From: an uncultured Candidatus Saccharibacteria bacterium
GTDB taxonomy: Bacteria > Patescibacteriota > Doudnabacteria > UBA920
Direction of reading: 5' to 3'
DNA: 64,000 bases
NCBI GenBank assembly: GCA_964597895.1
Contig: CAZQZS010000001.1
Coordinates: forward strand, 81,008 to 145,007
Shown: positions 16,690-26,118 of the stretch, piece after piece
Numbering within the stretch: the stretch's first letter is position 1
How the letters are laid out: every line of letters begins with the position of its first letter
Position numbers and translations under genes: made by a program
The notes under the pieces: generated by a model
Seen by the model: the letters and a program-made list of their open reading frames with translations, nothing else
Databases searched by the model: none
What the model was told of the DNA's origin: nothing

Positions 16690-17904
16690 ATGCCAACTTT
16701 TTTATATACAGCAGCCGCTAAAGATGGTAAACAGCAGACTGGCACTATAGAAGCTGCTAATTTTTTGTCAGCAGGACATTTGTTAAAAGAGCAGGGTTTG
16801 ATCCCTATGGATTTGCATGAGCAAAGTACAGGGTTTGACTGGCAAGAATATTTGCAGGGCTTTGCCACCATTCCGCTTAAGGCCAAAATTGCTTTTATTC
16901 AAAATTTGGATTTACTGCTAAAAAGCGGGGTAGCAGCGCCGCGGGCCTTAAGGATTATTGCCAAGCAAACTGCTAATCGCAAGTTTCGTGGCATTATTGA
17001 TAATTTGGCTACAGCTGTAGAAACTGGTAAATCCCTGCACGAAGCTATGGCTGAGTATCCAAATATTTTTTCGCATATCTTTATTAGCATGATAGAGGTA
17101 GGGGAGCTGTCTGGTAATTTGGAAAAGAGCTTAGAATATTTGCGAATTCAATTGCAGCGCGAGGCAGATTTAAAGTCCAAAACAAAAGGAGCAATGATCT
17201 ATCCGGCGGTAATTGTGTCGGCCATGATTGTGATTGGTATTGTGTTGGCTATATTTGTGCTGCCTAAATTAACCGCCACGTTTAAGGAATTTAACACTCA
17301 GCTACCAATCTTAACTAGAATTGTAATTTTTATAAGTGATTGGATGGCAGCCAATTCAATTGTTGTAGTAATTGGTTTTGTGGCTTTGGTAGTGGGTGCG
17401 GTGTTTTTTTTGCGAACCCCTGCTGGCAAGCGCTCCCTGGCTTGGTATTTACTGCACATGCCAATGATCAGCCCGATCACAAAAAAGATCAATATTGCCA
17501 GGTTCTCCAGAATATTGGGTTCGCTCATGAAGTCGGGCATATCGGTAGTGCAGGGCTTAGGTGTTACCGCTGACGCGCTTAGTAATGTGTATTACCAGGA
17601 GGTGCTAGAGGATACGGCCGAAAGCGTGAAGCTGGGCAAGCCGCTTACGGAATCCTTAGCCAAGCACGATAAGCTATTTCCGTTTATTGTTACCCAAATG
17701 CTCGCTATAGGCGAGGAGACTGGTAACTTAGAAGATATCTTAGAGCAGTTGGCGCAGTCTCATGAGGCGGAAATAGATGAAACCATGAAGAATTTGTCAT
17801 CCATCATTGAACCGTTGCTGTTGTTGGTAATAGGTGTTGTGGTTGGTTTCTTAGCGTTGGCATTGATTATGCCAATTTATAATATTACGCAATCAATCTC
17901 TTAA
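16690..17904 (+). CDS. pilC: type IV pilus assembly inner-membrane platform protein PilC (GspF family)
   Basis: 404 aa with duplicated GspF domains and TM helices. Confidence 0.85.
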   Translation: MPTFLYTAAAKDGKQQTGTIEAANFLSAGHLLKEQGLIPMDLHEQSTGFDWQEYLQGFATIPLKAKIAFIQNLDLLLKSGVAAPRALRIIAKQTANRKFRGIIDNLATAVETGKSLHEAMAEYPNIFSHIFISMIEVGELSGNLEKSLEYLRIQLQREADLKSKTKGAMIYPAVIVSAMIVIGIVLAIFVLPKLTATFKEFNTQLPILTRIVIFISDWMAANSIVVVIGFVALVVGAVFFLRTPAGKRSLAWYLLHMPMISPITKKINIARFSRILGSLMKSGISVVQGLGVTADALSNVYYQEVLEDTAESVKLGKPLTESLAKHDKLFPFIVTQMLAIGEETGNLEDILEQLAQSHEAEIDETMKNLSSIIEPLLLLVIGVVVGFLALALIMPIYNITQSIS

Positions 17905-17926
17905 TTTGTTATACTTTTATTAGCAG

Positions 17927-18976
17927 ATGGGGTTATTTAAGAAAAAACATCATTACATTGGACTGCATATTAATAACCACGCCATAAAGGCGTTGCAGTT
18001 TGATGTTTCTAAATCGCGAACTAAGTTGCGCGGCTTTACCAATGTTGTCATGCCAAAGGGTATGATTGTTAGCGATGAGTTTGCGGATGTGGCCGCTTTG
18101 GCAGATTTTATTTCCCGCAGTTTCAAAAAACCACAGCACGGTAGTTTTTCAACCAATCGGGTGGTGGTGGCGATACCAGAATCGAAATCATTTGTACGTA
18201 TTATTCCGCTTCAAAAAATGAAAGAGTCTGAGATTGCCAATGCTATCTTGTTTGAAGCCGAAAGTTATATCCCACTACCTATGGATCAGGTGTACTTTGA
18301 TTGGCAGGTGTTGCGGGAAACAGACGGTGGTTTGGAGATTTTAGTAATTGCTTCACCAAAAGCTTATGTTGATAAGTATATTTCGGTTTTAGAGTCATCT
18401 GGTTTAAAAATTGCTGGCATAGAGACCGAAAGTCAAAGCGTGGCTAGGGCGCTGGTGCCACCATCCGTGCTTGAACCGATTTTAATCGCGGATATGGATG
18501 CTTATAAAACTGCGTTAGTAATGGTTCAGGGCGGCACATTGCAGTTTACTTCGTCGGTACCATTAGCTGGAAATAATTTTACAGAACGGCTAGCCAAAAC
18601 TTTGTCTATTAGCCAGGCCGAAGCAGAAAAAATTAAACGTGACGTTGGCTTTGCCAACACTGTTGAGTACCCAAATTTGAAAATTCAGATGTTACCGGCC
18701 CTAGAGGATCTGGCGGCCGAAATCAAGAATATTTTACGTTTTCACTATGATCACCATCAAGATCATATCGGTAGCTTGGTATTGACTGGCGGGGGAGCAA
18801 AGCTTCAGCATATTGCCGAAGCTTTGGAGACCATGATGGATCAGTATGCGCCGATAAAAGTAACGGTGGCTAATCCATTGGAGCATATTCCCAATTATCG
18901 CGATGAAGCGTTGGGTCCTTATGAAGCCTTAAGCTATACAACGGCCATTGGTTTGGCAATGTGGGAGTTGACCTAA
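17927..18976 (+). CDS. pilM: type IV pilus assembly protein PilM (actin-like ATPase fold)
   Basis: 349 aa, PilM-like; position between pilC and pilN. Confidence 0.7.
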   Translation: MGLFKKKHHYIGLHINNHAIKALQFDVSKSRTKLRGFTNVVMPKGMIVSDEFADVAALADFISRSFKKPQHGSFSTNRVVVAIPESKSFVRIIPLQKMKESEIANAILFEAESYIPLPMDQVYFDWQVLRETDGGLEILVIASPKAYVDKYISVLESSGLKIAGIETESQSVARALVPPSVLEPILIADMDAYKTALVMVQGGTLQFTSSVPLAGNNFTERLAKTLSISQAEAEKIKRDVGFANTVEYPNLKIQMLPALEDLAAEIKNILRFHYDHHQDHIGSLVLTGGGAKLQHIAEALETMMDQYAPIKVTVANPLEHIPNYRDEALGPYEALSYTTAIGLAMWELT

Positions 18977-19540
18977 ATGAAGCGGATTAATTTATTACCA
19001 CAACACAAACAGGTTGAATTATACTACGAAGATCTTTATCATAGCGTCAACGCTCTGGTGGCCTTATCTGCTGTGATTTTGTTGCTTGGCGTGGTGGTTC
19101 AAGTTGGGGTGTGGGTATATTTAGACCGTAAAGAAGCGCGCTTAGTTGCCGAGGTGACTGAACTGCAGCAGGTAATCAATAAAAGCGAAAACGCAGAAGT
19201 GAAGCAGGAGATCAAGGATATAAACGCTCAAATGACCGATTTTGACAAACTGACGACTAGCTCGCCTCAATGGTCGAAAGTCTTAAAAGCTTTTGCCGGT
19301 TTGGTTCCTAACGGGGTGTTGATTAACAACTTTATTTCGGATTCAGAAAGTCAAGAAGTGGAGATTAGCGGGTATAGCCCCACCCGAGAACAGGTGATTG
19401 AGTTATACAACAATATTAATGCTAGCAAGGAATACTTTAAAGACATTAACTATCCTCTTGAAAATGTTGCCAAGCCGACTGATGTGACTTTTAATTTTAA
19501 GTTTTATATCCAAGATGGAATATTAACCCCGACCGAATAA
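18977..19540 (+). CDS. PilN-like pilus assembly protein
   Basis: 187 aa, N-terminal TM and coiled coil, operon position. Confidence 0.5.
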   Translation: MKRINLLPQHKQVELYYEDLYHSVNALVALSAVILLLGVVVQVGVWVYLDRKEARLVAEVTELQQVINKSENAEVKQEIKDINAQMTDFDKLTTSSPQWSKVLKAFAGLVPNGVLINNFISDSESQEVEISGYSPTREQVIELYNNINASKEYFKDINYPLENVAKPTDVTFNFKFYIQDGILTPTE

Positions 19541-20092
19541 ATGTCTAAAGTAAGTTCCAGAGTAAAACTTTTTATTTCTATTATCTCGTTTGCTGGTTTT
19601 GCAGCACTCATGTTTAGTTTTGGTTACAGTATTATGGAAAATCGCAATCAGTCTAGGCTAGAGATTGTCAATCAGAAAAATCTGGAGCTACTAGTTTTAC
19701 AGCGAGAACAGCAGAATTTTGAGCAAGGTAAGCGGGACTTGGCGACCTTACTAGAAAAACCTTATCCACCGCAGGAGTTGTTTAGCCGCGATACTAAGGT
19801 GGTAGGGGAAATCCGTACTTTGGAAGCCATTGCTGCACGGTACAGCTTGGATTTTACCTTGCAAGTTGCTGGTTCCGCCCAAGCAGCCCCCAAGGCTAAA
19901 GGTGTTAGTGGGGAATTGCTGCAAATTCCTTATTCTGTCACAGTGAGCGGACCATTCAATAATATTTTAAAATACATTGAAGCCACCGAGCATGCCAATT
20001 TTATTAACCAGGCACAAGCAATAGAGCTCACGGCAATTTCAGATGGTAATACTCGAGCCACCATTAATTCCCAATTTTATCTGACGCCATGA
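19541..20092 (+). CDS. PilO-like pilus assembly protein
   Basis: 183 aa, TM plus coiled coil, operon position. Confidence 0.45.
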   Translation: MSKVSSRVKLFISIISFAGFAALMFSFGYSIMENRNQSRLEIVNQKNLELLVLQREQQNFEQGKRDLATLLEKPYPPQELFSRDTKVVGEIRTLEAIAARYSLDFTLQVAGSAQAAPKAKGVSGELLQIPYSVTVSGPFNNILKYIEATEHANFINQAQAIELTAISDGNTRATINSQFYLTP

Positions 20093-20379
20093 AATCTCTA
20101 AAACGCTATTTAGATTTACGCAAATTAACCGAACTGCTTGCAACCAAATTTGCCTTGGTGCTTTGGTTGGTTTTGGCTTTGGTCTTGCTCGGCGAGGCCT
20201 GGGTAATCAAGGGTTCTTTGGATAAGATTTTAAAGGCTAATGATAATTCACAGGTTGGTAATGCACAGGTTATTCGAGTTAATTTTTCCTTGTATGACGT
20301 AATTGAGAAGCGTTTAATAGATAATCAAACCTACCTGCCTCCAGAGCCAACCACACGCGATCCTTTTGGTGTGAAGTGA
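20089..20379 (+). CDS. hypothetical small membrane protein (end of pilus operon)
   Basis: 96 aa, ATGA overlap with the pilO-like gene, one TM helix. Confidence 0.35.
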   Translation: MKSLKRYLDLRKLTELLATKFALVLWLVLALVLLGEAWVIKGSLDKILKANDNSQVGNAQVIRVNFSLYDVIEKRLIDNQTYLPPEPTTRDPFGVK

Positions 20380-20457
20380 ACTGAGTAGCCATCGCATGGA
20401 TTCTACAAGGACCTATCTTTTTAGCCATTTAGATATCTAATTTAAAACAACAGGGTT

Positions 20458-20575
20458 GTCTGCTAAAAGCCTCGTTGATCGGGGTTGCGGAAACTTGCCA
20501 CTGGCAGCTTTCTCGATCGTTCAACGCGAATTTTTCTGCAGAAAAATTCTTGCTTCACTTCAACCCGTTCGAGTC
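20458..20575. repeat. tRNA-associated conserved module, copy 3 (22-nt perfect palindrome gaatttttctgcagaaaaattc at 20528-20549)
   Basis: Aligns with 4255-4380 and 4456-4581; shared ggggttgcggaaac.tgccactggcagctttc.cgatcgttc ... cttcaacccgttcga. Confidence 0.55.
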
Positions 20576-20593
20576 ATTCCTAGGAAAACCATA

Positions 20594-20625
20594 AAAAAAT
20601 TCCGAACAAGTCGGAATCTTTTTTT
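20594..20625. terminator. bidirectional terminator (A-run, hairpin, T-run) between pilus operon and tRNA-Lys
   Basis: aaaaaaa-attccga-acaag-tcggaat-cttttttt. Confidence 0.55.
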
Positions 20626-20627
20626 GG

Positions 20628-20700
20628 TGGGTCGGGTGGGACTCGAACCCACGACCGAGTGCTTAAGAGGCACCTGCTCTACCAGCTGAGCTACCGACCC
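20628..20700 (-). tRNA. tRNA-Lys (anticodon CUU)
   Basis: Manual cloverleaf: acceptor GGGTCGG/CCGACCC, anticodon loop CTCTTAA, T-arm GTGGG-TTCGAGT-CCCAC, CCA encoded. Confidence 0.85.
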
Positions 20701-20763
20701 TAGTTTGTAAATACCGCGTAATTATAGCAGATTATAGGGAATTTTGCAACGGATGCGGCTATT

Positions 20764-21435
20764 TTAGAATTTTTTAATGAAATAATCGTTGGCAAACTGC
20801 AGCTGTTTGGGCGTGCCAACTGGAAGCCAGCGAGTAGCACTAACAAGATTGACTTTAGTATTCAGTGCCAGTTTCGCCAAGGTGTGGGGGAGGCTATATT
20901 CAATACCATTTGGCACAGGCACATCAACTAAAGGAATAGAGAAGAACTCTTCTGTTAAGAAGTAGGCACCGCAGTTAATCAAACTGGATTGGTCACTGAA
21001 ACCACCGAAGCTATTGTCTTCATTGCGGACTATTCCATAATTGCTAGTTGCTTGGCTCTGCCAAACTAGCATTGAATTGGGGAGTGCGATGAGCTGTTCT
21101 AGATCTTTCTTCTCATAAAGGTCATCGCCATTCAAGACCAAGAAAGGGCTTTGCAATAAATCTTTAGCCCTGTGCAACGCATCTCCAGTGCCTAGGAGCT
21201 CGGTCTGTTTGACATAATGAATTTGCTTAGTGTTCCAATAACTGCCAAAATGTTCTACGATTTGCTCGCCTAAATAGCCAACCACGATAATAACCTTGTC
21301 TATACTGCTTGGCAAAGCGCCGAGCGTATATTCCAACAAAGGCTGATGGTTGATTTCTATCAAAGGCTTAGGGTGTTTTTCGGTGAATGGCCGGAGGCGC
21401 AGACCTTTGCCGGCGGCGAGAATGACAGCTTGCAT
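20764..21435 (-). CDS. sugar-phosphate nucleotidyltransferase
   Basis: N-terminal MQAVILAAGKGLRLRP nucleotidyltransferase motif; ORF extends to 21474 but the internal ATG is preferred. Confidence 0.65.
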   Translation of the reverse strand: MQAVILAAGKGLRLRPFTEKHPKPLIEINHQPLLEYTLGALPSSIDKVIIVVGYLGEQIVEHFGSYWNTKQIHYVKQTELLGTGDALHRAKDLLQSPFLVLNGDDLYEKKDLEQLIALPNSMLVWQSQATSNYGIVRNEDNSFGGFSDQSSLINCGAYFLTEEFFSIPLVDVPVPNGIEYSLPHTLAKLALNTKVNLVSATRWLPVGTPKQLQFANDYFIKKF

Positions 21436-21502
21436 ATTTTCTAATCCCAAAGGTTCCAGCAGAATTTGGTACAATTAAATTACAATTAATTGGAGGTGTG
21501 AT

Positions 21503-21679
21503 ATGGGTTGCGCTCGTGATAACGAAATGGTAGTGGCTGGTCGGTGTGCCGAACTACAGATTCCATACTTTGCTCCAAGCAAATATCAGTCTAGAAGTTG
21601 GCATAAATTGCTACCAGTAATGAATTTGCTATTAGGCGCTTTTGTCTTTACTGTTTATCGGTTACGATTTTTGATTTAA
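21503..21679 (+). CDS. small hypothetical protein (58 aa, C-terminal TM helix)
   Basis: Strong RBS GGAGGTG 5 nt upstream of ATG; own hairpin terminator immediately after the stop codon. Confidence 0.45.
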   Translation: MGCARDNEMVVAGRCAELQIPYFAPSKYQSRSWHKLLPVMNLLLGAFVFTVYRLRFLI

Positions 21680-21706
21680 ACGGAACTTCTGTTCCGTTTA
21701 TTTTAC
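21680..21706 (+). terminator. rho-independent terminator
   Basis: acggaac-ttct-gttccgt followed by ttatttt. Confidence 0.5.
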
Positions 21707-21716
21707 AATCAAAAAG

Positions 21717-21743
21717 ATTGATGGTGCTCTCGGTAGGATTCGG
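21717..21743 (-). repeat. 27-nt duplicate of the tRNA-Arg(UCG) 3' end, located 204 bp downstream of the tRNA
   Basis: gattgatggtgctctcggtaggattcg is identical at 21717-21743 and 21919-21945. Confidence 0.75.
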
Positions 21744-21924
21744 TCACCTCCCGCTACTCTCCTCTCCTTCGACAAGCTCAGGATCGTCGAGTAACGCTGC
21801 GGCGACCCCCGCCGCTATTGATTGCTCCAAATAGTCGCAACCAATTTCCGCTTGCGCGGAACCGCTCTTTTTCTTATCCTGCTGTGCAATCAATCATTTA
21901 TCATCTACGATGAGAAATGATTGA

Positions 21925-22001
21925 TGGTGCTCTCGGTAGGATTCGAACCTACGACCCCTTGTTCCGAAGACAAGTGCTCTAATCCACTGAGCTACGAGAG
22001 C
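21925..22001 (-). tRNA. tRNA-Arg (anticodon UCG)
   Basis: Manual cloverleaf: acceptor GCTCTCG/CGAGAGC, anticodon stem CTTGT/ACAAG, loop CTTCGGA, T-arm GTAGG-TTCGAAT-CCTAC, CCA encoded. Confidence 0.85.
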
Positions 22002-22062
22002 GAGTAAGAATCCCCGTAAGTTTAGCTCAAAATGGCTTCTAAATCAATGCTATAATCTAGCT

Positions 22063-22989
22063 ATGCTAACTTTACTTATTGGCCAAGATATCTTCGCAAA
22101 ACAGGAGTATTTGGACGCAGAATCAGACAAACACGGTGCAGAGGTAGTAAAATATGATAACATTGCCCAGGTGCCGAATTTAGTTAATCTATCTGGGGCG
22201 AACCTGTTTGGTGGGGCCACGGTCCATGTTTTAATCGGGCTGTTAAAAGAGTATGAATTGCCAGAATTAGAGAAAGCTGCAAGCAGCGAGAGCCTGATTT
22301 ATTTCTGGGAGGATTCGGTAGATAAGCGGCTCACGAAGACTAAGAGCTTAGCAAAAATTGCCGCTATGCAAGAATTCCCGGAACCAGATGCCAACTCGGC
22401 CAGTGCCTGGATCATTAAGCATGCGGGTCAGAATGAAATTAAAATCCAACCTTCTGCGGCAGCTGAGCTCGCAAAGCGTTTATTAGGGGAAACCAAGCTT
22501 GCATTGCCTGTGGTCGCTGCTCACAATGAATTGTTAAAGCTCGCAAGTTACTCGGGCGATAGGGCCATTACCGTAGCTATGGTAGAGGAGCTAACCCCGC
22601 GCGATTTAAGCATTGATATCTTTGGGTTATTAAACCATATTGCTTCTGGGAATAAATCTTTGGCTATGCAGGCCATTAAAAATTATTACGACAACTCCAG
22701 TGAAGATGATAAGGTGCTAACTATTAGATTAGTAGCCTTAATGTCTGATCAGCTGCGCAGTTTGTTGATTGCTAAACAACTTACCGAGCAGGGTTTAACA
22801 GAACAGCAGATTTTAACTGCCACTGGCTGGAAGAGCGGACGTCTTTTTGTTATGAATAAGCTCGGGCGTAATTTTAACCAACCACAGCTGAATACTAGCC
22901 TTACCAAATTATATAATTTAGATAAAGAATTAAAGTCTTCTACATTGCCGCCTCGCGCGGTAATGGATATGATTGTAGCTTCAATTTGA
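22063..22989 (+). CDS. DNA polymerase III delta subunit-like protein
   Basis: 308 aa; weak resemblance to the HolA N-terminal domain; assignment tentative. Confidence 0.4.
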   Translation: MLTLLIGQDIFAKQEYLDAESDKHGAEVVKYDNIAQVPNLVNLSGANLFGGATVHVLIGLLKEYELPELEKAASSESLIYFWEDSVDKRLTKTKSLAKIAAMQEFPEPDANSASAWIIKHAGQNEIKIQPSAAAELAKRLLGETKLALPVVAAHNELLKLASYSGDRAITVAMVEELTPRDLSIDIFGLLNHIASGNKSLAMQAIKNYYDNSSEDDKVLTIRLVALMSDQLRSLLIAKQLTEQGLTEQQILTATGWKSGRLFVMNKLGRNFNQPQLNTSLTKLYNLDKELKSSTLPPRAVMDMIVASI

Positions 22990-23108
22990 TTTTTTGGGGC
23001 ATTTCTGCTATAATTACTTATATGACTACCAAGAAGCGCACGCTTTTAGTTTGCACAGCCATAGCAGTTGCTGCAGCTCTAACTTTTCCAGCACTTGCTT
23101 TATTAGCA

Positions 23109-23150
23109 TAAAAAACCGTCCTTAGCGAAAGCCGAAGGACGGTTTTTTAA
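23109..23150. terminator. bidirectional terminator between convergent genes
   Basis: aaaaaaccgtcctt-agcgaaagccga-aggacggtttttt. Confidence 0.55.
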
Positions 23151-24976
23151 TTGCTGCGTTTTTCTCTTTTACGCTCGTTGGGATCGAGCAGTCGTTTGCG
23201 GATTCGTACGCTTTGGGGTGTGACTTCTACGAGTTCGTCGCTGCCAATGTATTCTAAGGCAAAATCTAACGTAACTTCACGCGGAGGAACCAGAATGATG
23301 CCTTCGTCAGAACCGGAAGCTCGCATATTAGTAAGTTTTTTGCCTTTGCAGACATTAACTTCAATGTCGCTCTCTAAAGCATTCTTTCCGACAACTTGGC
23401 CAAGGTAGACTTCAGTGCCGGGTCCGACAAACATCACGCCGCGCTCTTGGGCATTGTTAAGACCGTAGGCAGTGGTTGTGCCAGCTTCGGAGGCAATCAG
23501 AGAGCCATGCTCGTTGGTTGAAGTGTCAATGTCGTGGGCAGGGCGATAGCTGTCAAATAAGTTGTTGATGACTACAGTACCTTTAGTCCGAGTTAATAAC
23601 AGGTTTTTAAGACCGATTAAGCCTCGGGTGGGAATAATATATTCTGCATGGATATCACCGCTCGCCGCTGTTTCTAGGGTTTGCATTTCGCCGCCACGCT
23701 TGCCGATTTCTTCAATCACTGCTCCTTGATGCTCGGAAGGCACATCAATTGTTAAGTATTCGTAAGGTTCTTTCTTAACTCCATCTTCTTCGTGGAAAAT
23801 AACCTGCGGCTGGGAAACCTGCATTTCAAAACCTTCACGACGCATAGTTTCTATTAAGACAGCTAAGTGAAGTTCGCCGCGTCCTGAGACTAAGAATGAA
23901 TCCCCGGTGGCTTCTTCTACGCGCAGGGCTACGTTGGTTTCTAGTTCGCGCATGAGGCGGTCACGGATTTGGCGGGAAGTTAATAGTTTACCTTCGCGGC
24001 CCGCAAACGGGGAAGTGTTAACGCCAAAGGTCATCTTAATGGTTGGCTGTTCAATTTCTACTGGAGGAATCTGGCGCGGATTGGTAGTGTCGGTAATAGT
24101 GTCGCCGATTTGCACGTTGTCAAAACCGCCGATAGCAACAATATCGCCTGCCGTGGCGCTGTCTACTTCTGCAGTGGCCAAACCTTCATACATCAGGAGG
24201 CTGGTGGCTTTGCTGTTAGTTTTACTGCCGTCGCGGGAAATTAGCGTTACGTTTTGGGCTTTCTTGATGTCGCCAGAGGCAATTTTTCCGATACCGATTT
24301 TGCCTTTGTAGTTGTCGTAACGAAGAGCGAGTACGAGCATAGCAAAAGGTTGGTCCGAAATAGTCGGCGCTTCAATGTTGTTGATGATAGCGTCAAACAC
24401 TGGGGTGATGTCGCCAGGTTCTGTGCCAACAACTGCTGCTTGAGCTTTAGCTAAGTCAGTATGAGCGATTCCTTTTACGCCACTGGCATAGAGAATCGGA
24501 AAGTCTAGCTGTTCGTCAGTTGCACCCAAAGACACAAACAAATCAAAGGTTTTATTTACTACTTCGTCTACCTGTGCGTCCGGCTTGTCTATTTTGTTGA
24601 TTACCACAATTGCTTTATGACCAAGCTCTAGAGCTTTCTTCAGTACGAACTTGGTTTGAGGCATCGGGCCTTCTTTGGCGTCCACTAATAGCAATACGCC
24701 ATCGGCCATACGCAAAGTACGTTCTACCTCGCCGCCGAAGTCAGCGTGGCCAGGAGTGTCTACGATATTGATTTTGATGTCCTTATATTTAAGCGAAGCG
24801 TTCTTAGCAGTGATGGTGATACCGCGTTCCCGTTCAATATCGCCTGAGTCCATGATTAAAACTGCGTCAGTATCCTTGACGGTTTGAGTGGATTTTAGCA
24901 TCGCGTCTACCAGGGTGGTTTTACCGTGGTCAACGTGAGCAATAATGGCAACGTTGCGAATATTATCTCTTTTCAT
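23147..24976 (-). CDS. typA: translational GTPase BipA/TypA
   Basis: 609 aa, N-terminal RNVAIIAHVDHGKTTLVDAML G-domain, EF-G-like architecture, length typical of BipA. Confidence 0.8.
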   Translation of the reverse strand: MKRDNIRNVAIIAHVDHGKTTLVDAMLKSTQTVKDTDAVLIMDSGDIERERGITITAKNASLKYKDIKINIVDTPGHADFGGEVERTLRMADGVLLLVDAKEGPMPQTKFVLKKALELGHKAIVVINKIDKPDAQVDEVVNKTFDLFVSLGATDEQLDFPILYASGVKGIAHTDLAKAQAAVVGTEPGDITPVFDAIINNIEAPTISDQPFAMLVLALRYDNYKGKIGIGKIASGDIKKAQNVTLISRDGSKTNSKATSLLMYEGLATAEVDSATAGDIVAIGGFDNVQIGDTITDTTNPRQIPPVEIEQPTIKMTFGVNTSPFAGREGKLLTSRQIRDRLMRELETNVALRVEEATGDSFLVSGRGELHLAVLIETMRREGFEMQVSQPQVIFHEEDGVKKEPYEYLTIDVPSEHQGAVIEEIGKRGGEMQTLETAASGDIHAEYIIPTRGLIGLKNLLLTRTKGTVVINNLFDSYRPAHDIDTSTNEHGSLIASEAGTTTAYGLNNAQERGVMFVGPGTEVYLGQVVGKNALESDIEVNVCKGKKLTNMRASGSDEGIILVPPREVTLDFALEYIGSDELVEVTPQSVRIRKRLLDPNERKREKRSN

Positions 24977-25074
24977 AAAAAAATGCCCCGCCCTCGGGGC
25001 AATCCAAATTACTGATATATTTTAGCGCTTTTATGCTTAATTGTCAATATTTTGTTATACTATAAAGACTTAAT

Positions 25075-26118
25075 ATGAAACTTATGAGTACAACCAAACG
25101 ACTCCATTCGGTCAGTTTTTTAGTAGCCCTGCTACTAATGTTTTTGTTAATCGGTTGGATTTTACATCCATTTATTAATATCGTGGCCTTTGCCATCATC
25201 GTGGCGATAATTTTTCACCCGCTATATAAATTCTTTTACCGCCGGCTCGGCAAACCAGCCATTGCCAGCTTACTTACTGTATTAAGTATCTTGGGATTAA
25301 TTGGATTACCAATTTGGCTATTTGGCCACATCATCATCTCTGAGCTGATTAATTTGTATGATCGTTATCAGTCTGGAGCATTTGTGATTGATCAGAGCGA
25401 GATTGTGGCCAGTTTGCCGCCCCAGGTTCAAAACTTTATCCAGAATTTTAGCCAAGATATTAATAACTTTGTCGGCCGCGTTTCAAACCAGCTATTTTCT
25501 TCTGTTACTTCCATTCTTGGCAATGTGGCAAGTTTTGTGGTTGCCTTTTTTGCTTTCGTGTTCACAGTTTACTATTTGCTTAAAGACGGCACAAAGATTA
25601 AGCATGTCCTGATGGATATTTCACCGATTTCTAGCCGACAGGAACATCAACTTATTGATAAAATTGTGGCTGCAGTAAATGGGGTAGTAAAAGGTTCATT
25701 CTTGGTTGCGTTTGTGCAGGCTGTGGTGGCAACAGCTGGTTATGCGATTTTTGGTTTGCCAGATCCATTTGTGTGGGGTGCGTTCACATTTGTCGCTGCA
25801 TTAGTGCCGAATGTTGGTACTGCGCTGGCATTGGTCCCGGCAGTAATCTATCTCTTAGTTACAGGTCAAAATCCTCAGGCACTTGGCTTGGCTATTTGGG
25901 GAGCGGTTGCTGTGGGCTTGGTGGACAATTTTATTGGCCCGCGTTTGGTGGGTAGCTCTGCCAGGCTGCATCCGGTGCTGGTATTGTTGTCTGTCCTGGG
26001 CGGTTTGCAGTTCTTCGGAATCCTCGGATTTCTGATCGGCCCGATCATTATGGCGATCTTTGTAGCTATGATAGAGATTTACCGCGATGAGTTTAAAGAT
26101 TATATCAACGCAAAATAA
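25075..26118 (+). CDS. AI-2E family transporter (UPF0118/PerM-like)
   Basis: 347 aa, multi-TM, conserved FVAALVPNVGTALALVP region. Confidence 0.75.
   Translation: MKLMSTTKRLHSVSFLVALLLMFLLIGWILHPFINIVAFAIIVAIIFHPLYKFFYRRLGKPAIASLLTVLSILGLIGLPIWLFGHIIISELINLYDRYQSGAFVIDQSEIVASLPPQVQNFIQNFSQDINNFVGRVSNQLFSSVTSILGNVASFVVAFFAFVFTVYYLLKDGTKIKHVLMDISPISSRQEHQLIDKIVAAVNGVVKGSFLVAFVQAVVATAGYAIFGLPDPFVWGAFTFVAALVPNVGTALALVPAVIYLLVTGQNPQALGLAIWGAVAVGLVDNFIGPRLVGSSARLHPVLVLLSVLGGLQFFGILGFLIGPIIMAIFVAMIEIYRDEFKDYINAK

Noticed and set aside
20456-20689. 77-aa plus-strand ORF
   Set aside because: It covers the conserved palindromic module and the antisense of tRNA-Lys.
22990-23108. 29-aa ORF MTTKKRTLLVCTAIAVAAALTFPALALLA between the holA-like gene and the terminator
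   Set aside because: It is too short and low-complexity to call. It could be a signal-peptide-like micropeptide but has no supporting signals.
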